A stretch of DNA of 64,000 nt, taken from assembly GCA_002928535.1 (NCBI GenBank), contig PERG01000006.1, positions 19,376-83,375 of the forward strand, in the 5' to 3' direction. Position 1 is the stretch's first letter. Every line of letters starts with the position of its first letter. Origin of the DNA: Methylotenera sp. GTDB taxonomy: Bacteria; Pseudomonadota; Gammaproteobacteria; Burkholderiales; Methylophilaceae. A model generated the notes under the pieces. That model did no database searches. It was given only the letters and a program-made list of their open reading frames with translations, and was not told the origin of the DNA. Positions 60,274 through 64,000 of this stretch are shown piece after piece. Both the position numbers and the translations under genes were made by a program.

Positions 60274-62043
60274 ATGCATTCTTGTTTCAAAATAGTATTA
60301 CTACCGCTGATATTGATCTCTTCGTGCAGTATTCAGCCTAAAACAGTGCAACATCAGCAGGATTGGGCTCATTATGGACATAATTATTCTAACCAGCGGA
60401 TGTCTCCGCTGGACCAGATAAACCGGACGAATGTAAAAGACCTCAGTCTAGCCTGGCAATTTAACAGCGGTATTTCAGCCAGCTTTCAGACCACGCCTAT
60501 TGTTGTCAGTGGCGTAATGTATGTGTCTTTACCTTATAACCACGTGGTGGCGCTAAACGCTAAAACCGGTCAGGAGATATGGCGCTATACGCATGCGCGC
60601 AGGGCTAACTGGAAAATGTGCTGTGGCCCCGCCAATCGTGGGGTAGCGGTCAATGACGGCAAAGTATTTATCGGTACAGTGGATGCCAGATTGGTCGCGT
60701 TAGATGCCAGGAATGGCAGCAAGCTATGGGACATTGATGTGGCAGATGATAGTGCGCAAACTGAAAACACCAGCTCTTTAAGCAAGCTTGATAGTCAAAA
60801 ACAAGCCTATGGCGGTACGGGTATCGGTATTGCCATGGCGCCCATAGTCTACAAGGGCAAAGTGATCGTTGGGGTCACTGGTGTTGGTTATGGCTTGCAT
60901 GTAGACCAGCCAACAGAAGATGCGCCCTTAGGGGCTGTGGTGGGTGTTGATGGCCGTTATGGCCGTCCCGGCTTTTTGGCGGCTTATGATGTGAAAGATG
61001 GTAAACGTTTGTGGCAGTTCGATACTATTCCAACCCAGGGTTGGGAAGGGCAATACACACAAACCACACCAGACGGCATTCACCTGAATCGCGATATTGC
61101 GATGGAAAAAGCCAATGCGGCTTTAAATGCTGAAGCCTGGCGTTATGGTGGCGGTTCAGCTTGGAGTACGCCAGCCATTGATACGCAGACTCATACTCTG
61201 TATTTTGGAACAGGAAATCCCTCGCCGCAGATGAATGATATTTCCCGCCCAGGTGATAATCTTTATACGGTTTCCCTGGTAGCCTTGGATACAGAGACAG
61301 GCAAACTCAAATGGTATTACCAGCAAGTGCCTCATGACTTATGGGGTTATGACTTGGCCAGCCCCCCAGCCTTATTCGATTATCAGCATAATGGCAAAAT
61401 AATTCCTGCTGTAGGCCAGGCCAGTAAAATCGGTTGGTATTATGTGCATGATAGGGTGAGCGGAAAATTGCTGATGAAGTCCGAAGCTTTTGTCCCGCAA
61501 AAAAATCTTTTTGCTAAACCCACTGAAGCGGGAACGGTGCTGTATCCGGGTATTTTAGGCGGCGCTAACTGGAGCCCGACTGCGGTGGATGAAACTAGTC
61601 AAACCAGTTATGTTGCGGCGATTCACGCGCCTATTAAATATACTTTAGTGAATGAGCCTGCCAAGAATGGTGCACCTGCGATTCGCTATGCCTCATCAGA
61701 GCCGACTAAAGATGAGCGCTGGGGGGTATTGTCAGCGATCAATTTAACAACAGGAAAAATGCGCTGGCAGGTGAAAACAGAGCAGCCATTGATTGGCGGT
61801 TTATTGGCAACCAAGGGTGGCTTGGTATTTTCAGGAGAAGGCAACGGCCATTTCAATGCTTACGATAGCAGCTCTGGCACTTTGCTTTGGCAAACAAAAG
61901 CGGAAGCAGGTGTGAATGCGCCGCCAATTAGTTATGCAATAGATGGTGAGCAATATATTGCAGTGGCAGCGGGGGGTAATTCAATCTTTGGATATACCGC
62001 TGGCGATAACGTGATGGTCTATAAGCTAAAGCAAGCCCATTAA
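60274..62043 (+). CDS. PQQ-dependent dehydrogenase family lipoprotein (alcohol-DH-like, atypical active site)
   Basis: Lipobox-like ISS-C, R.SPL.QIN..NV, CCGPANRG vicinal Cys, Trp-docking propeller repeats, GTGNP, RPGDNLY. Confidence 0.85.
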   Translation: MHSCFKIVLLPLILISSCSIQPKTVQHQQDWAHYGHNYSNQRMSPLDQINRTNVKDLSLAWQFNSGISASFQTTPIVVSGVMYVSLPYNHVVALNAKTGQEIWRYTHARRANWKMCCGPANRGVAVNDGKVFIGTVDARLVALDARNGSKLWDIDVADDSAQTENTSSLSKLDSQKQAYGGTGIGIAMAPIVYKGKVIVGVTGVGYGLHVDQPTEDAPLGAVVGVDGRYGRPGFLAAYDVKDGKRLWQFDTIPTQGWEGQYTQTTPDGIHLNRDIAMEKANAALNAEAWRYGGGSAWSTPAIDTQTHTLYFGTGNPSPQMNDISRPGDNLYTVSLVALDTETGKLKWYYQQVPHDLWGYDLASPPALFDYQHNGKIIPAVGQASKIGWYYVHDRVSGKLLMKSEAFVPQKNLFAKPTEAGTVLYPGILGGANWSPTAVDETSQTSYVAAIHAPIKYTLVNEPAKNGAPAIRYASSEPTKDERWGVLSAINLTTGKMRWQVKTEQPLIGGLLATKGGLVFSGEGNGHFNAYDSSSGTLLWQTKAEAGVNAPPISYAIDGEQYIAVAAGGNSIFGYTAGDNVMVYKLKQAH

Positions 62044-62061
62044 CGTTAACTTAACGAGGCT

Positions 62062-62316
62062 TTAAACGTGTTTAAGCTTTAAACTCAGCACTACCATAGC
62101 CAGCATTAAAGTAATGCCATTAGCGATGATGATGGGCCAGCTTAAAATAAGTAAGCCGTAGATAAACCAGCAGCCCACGCCTAAGCTGAACAAGGTGTAC
62201 ATAGGAAGCGAAATGCCCGATAGATCCCGTGTTCTCCATGAATGGACGGCTTGGGGCAAAAAAGCAGTAGTTGTTAAAAAGGCAGCGATGCTGCCGATCC
62301 AGTCAGTAAAATTCAT
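62062..62316 (-). CDS. SemiSWEET-family (PQ-loop) transporter
   Basis: IG..AA.LTT.AFLPQ, ISL.MY, W.IYG, PII.AN. Confidence 0.88.
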   Translation of the reverse strand: MNFTDWIGSIAAFLTTTAFLPQAVHSWRTRDLSGISLPMYTLFSLGVGCWFIYGLLILSWPIIIANGITLMLAMVVLSLKLKHV

Positions 62317-62328
62317 ATGGTGCGATCA

Positions 62329-63261
62329 CTAAGCTTTATTAACGGCTTTACGGATAAACAGTCGTTTGCCCAAGTTAAAAATCAACAAAGCAATTGCGCC
62401 AGCAACCACCCCTACTAAGCCATTAAGTAATTGCGGAACAATAAATTGCAGGAAGCCATTATTCAAAGTGCTACCGAAATGATCAATCCAATGATGAACT
62501 GCCGGAATGCCATGGGCAAGTATAGCGCCTCCCACGAGGAACATGGCTGCTGTACCGACGACTGATAAAGTTTTCATCATATAAGGCGCAAAAGCCAGGA
62601 TGCCAAAGCCAAGCTTACGTTTAAGCTGGGCAAATATGGATTTACCCTTGCTTATTGAGAGGTATAAACCGCCGTCATCCAGCTTTACAATGCCCGCGAC
62701 CAGTCCGTAAACCCCGACAGTCATAATGGCGGCAATGCCGACGATCACGATGATTTGCTGGGTAAATGCGGCAGTGGCGACAGTGCCTAAAGTAATGACG
62801 ATAATTTCGGCTGATAATACAAAGTCGGTGCGAATCGCCCCTTTAATTTTTTCTTTTTCGGAAGTTTCTACAGTTAAGCTTTCATTCTGGCCAATGAAGC
62901 TTTTCGAGGCGTCATGGATCTCATCATGGGTATGCTTGTGGTATAGCTTTTCTACGCCTTCAAAGCACAGGAATAAACCGCCTAACATCAGCAATGGTGT
63001 CACCGCCCAAGGCGCTAGCGCACTAATCGCAAGTGCAGCCGGTACCAAGATAAGTTTATTAATAGCAGAGCCTTTGGCCACTGCCCATACCACAGGTAAT
63101 TCGCGGTCTGCATTCACACCTGATACTTGTTGAGCATTCAGTGCCAGGTCATCGCCTAAAACTCCAGCAGTTTTTTTGGCCGCGACTTTAGTCATGACGG
63201 ATACATCGTCCAAAATGGTAGCGATATCATCAATAAGCGTTAAAAGGCTGGCACCGGCCAT
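62329..63261 (-). CDS. yedI: DUF808 inner-membrane protein
   Basis: [35 protein letters not shown]. Confidence 0.88.
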   Translation of the reverse strand: MAGASLLTLIDDIATILDDVSVMTKVAAKKTAGVLGDDLALNAQQVSGVNADRELPVVWAVAKGSAINKLILVPAALAISALAPWAVTPLLMLGGLFLCFEGVEKLYHKHTHDEIHDASKSFIGQNESLTVETSEKEKIKGAIRTDFVLSAEIIVITLGTVATAAFTQQIIVIVGIAAIMTVGVYGLVAGIVKLDDGGLYLSISKGKSIFAQLKRKLGFGILAFAPYMMKTLSVVGTAAMFLVGGAILAHGIPAVHHWIDHFGSTLNNGFLQFIVPQLLNGLVGVVAGAIALLIFNLGKRLFIRKAVNKA

Positions 63262-63340
63262 AAAAATATCCTGATAGATTTGAGAGTTAAGGCCTAATTA
63301 TAACCAGTGCTGCGCGTAATTCACTTAATGGCCTCAAGAA

Positions 63341-63371
63341 AATAAAAAGCCATGCAAGTACGCATGGCTTT
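63341..63371 (-). terminator. Intrinsic terminator after fpr
   Basis: AAAGCCATGC-AAGTAC-GCATGGCTTT with a T-rich tail on the minus strand. Confidence 0.75.
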
Positions 63372-63397
63372 AATCACAACAATCACTAAACTAACTT

Positions 63398-64000
63398 TTA
63401 TTTTTCAACAAAAGCGCGTTCGATCACATAGTCGCCTGGTTCGCCGATACGTGGCGACACCACAAAGCCTCTATCATCAAGTAACTTCGCAGTGTCATCC
63501 AGCATACGTTGGCTACCGCACAGCATGGCGCGATCGTTTGCTGGATCTAGTGGCGGCAAACCGATATCTTCAAATAACTTACCGGAATTGATCAGGTCAG
63601 TCAGGCGGCCTTGGTTGTGGAATGGCTCACGTGTGACAGTGGGGTAATAAATCAGCTTATTGCGAACTTCTTCGCCAAAGAATTCGTTGTTCGGCAACTC
63701 TTGTTCGATAAAGTCTTTATACGCCAGGTCGCTTACATGGCGCACGCCGTGGATCAATACGATCTTTTCAAAGCGGTCATAGGCTTCGATATCCTGGATC
63801 ACGCTCATGAATGCCGCAAGGCCAGTGCCTGTTGAAAGCAGGTACAGGTTTTTTGCCGGTTTCAAATCATGAATAATCAAAGTGCCGGTAGGCTTACGGC
63901 CGACCAAAATGTCGTCGCCGACTTTTAAGTGTTGCAAGCGAGATGTCAGTGGGCCATTGGGTACTTTAATACTGAAAAACTCCAGCGTTTCTTCGTAGTT
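63398..64000 (-). CDS. fpr: Ferredoxin-NADP+ reductase (5'-truncated by window edge)
   Basis: EFFSIKVPNGPLTSRLQ, STGTGLA, YYPTVTRE, MLCGS, VIERAFVEK C-terminus. Confidence 0.92.
   Translation of the reverse strand, partial: NYEETLEFFSIKVPNGPLTSRLQHLKVGDDILVGRKPTGTLIIHDLKPAKNLYLLSTGTGLAAFMSVIQDIEAYDRFEKIVLIHGVRHVSDLAYKDFIEQELPNNEFFGEEVRNKLIYYPTVTREPFHNQGRLTDLINSGKLFEDIGLPPLDPANDRAMLCGSQRMLDDTAKLLDDRGFVVSPRIGEPGDYVIERAFVEK

Noticed and set aside
1-64000. CRISPR arrays, tRNA/rRNA genes and the many 60-180 aa overlapping ORFs in the track
   Set aside because: No regularly spaced repeats or cloverleaf/rRNA signatures were seen by eye; the short ORFs are antisense or out-of-frame shadows of well-supported genes.

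Overview
A mid-GC (roughly 45% by eye) betaproteobacterial chromosome segment whose gene content and order resemble Methylophilaceae (inference). It is mostly core genes: orn, glgA, crcB, rne-rluC-HAD-Rieske-S49, a glycogen/hexose block (ppk2, pgi, glgB, glgC, GH57, malQ, ROK kinase), queG/tsaE-amiC...mutL-miaA, dapC, pilU and split mnmD/mnmC. It also has an accessory stretch (~33.7-50.8 kb), an 11-gene ECF-sigma/anti-sigma lipid-modification operon resembling furan-fatty-acid/singlet-oxygen clusters, a PQQ-family dehydrogenase, SemiSWEET, yedI and a partial fpr. No tRNA, rRNA, CRISPR array, integrase or transposase was seen. The most notable unannotated signals are: (1) a ~60-nt candidate sRNA just downstream of glgA with a correctly spaced sigma54 promoter, two anti-Shine-Dalgarno CUCC seeds and an intrinsic terminator, where one seed is complementary to the glgC ribosome-binding site; (2) a duplicated module of promoter, 78-aa Gly/Ser/Thr lipoprotein and covarying 3' hairpin; (3) a tandem microprotein pair, one copy missed by the ORF track; (4) an Abi_C/HEPN-like gene wedged gaplessly between mutL and miaA; (5) a PQQ dehydrogenase whose canonical catalytic Asp and metal-ligand Glu appear replaced by Gly.
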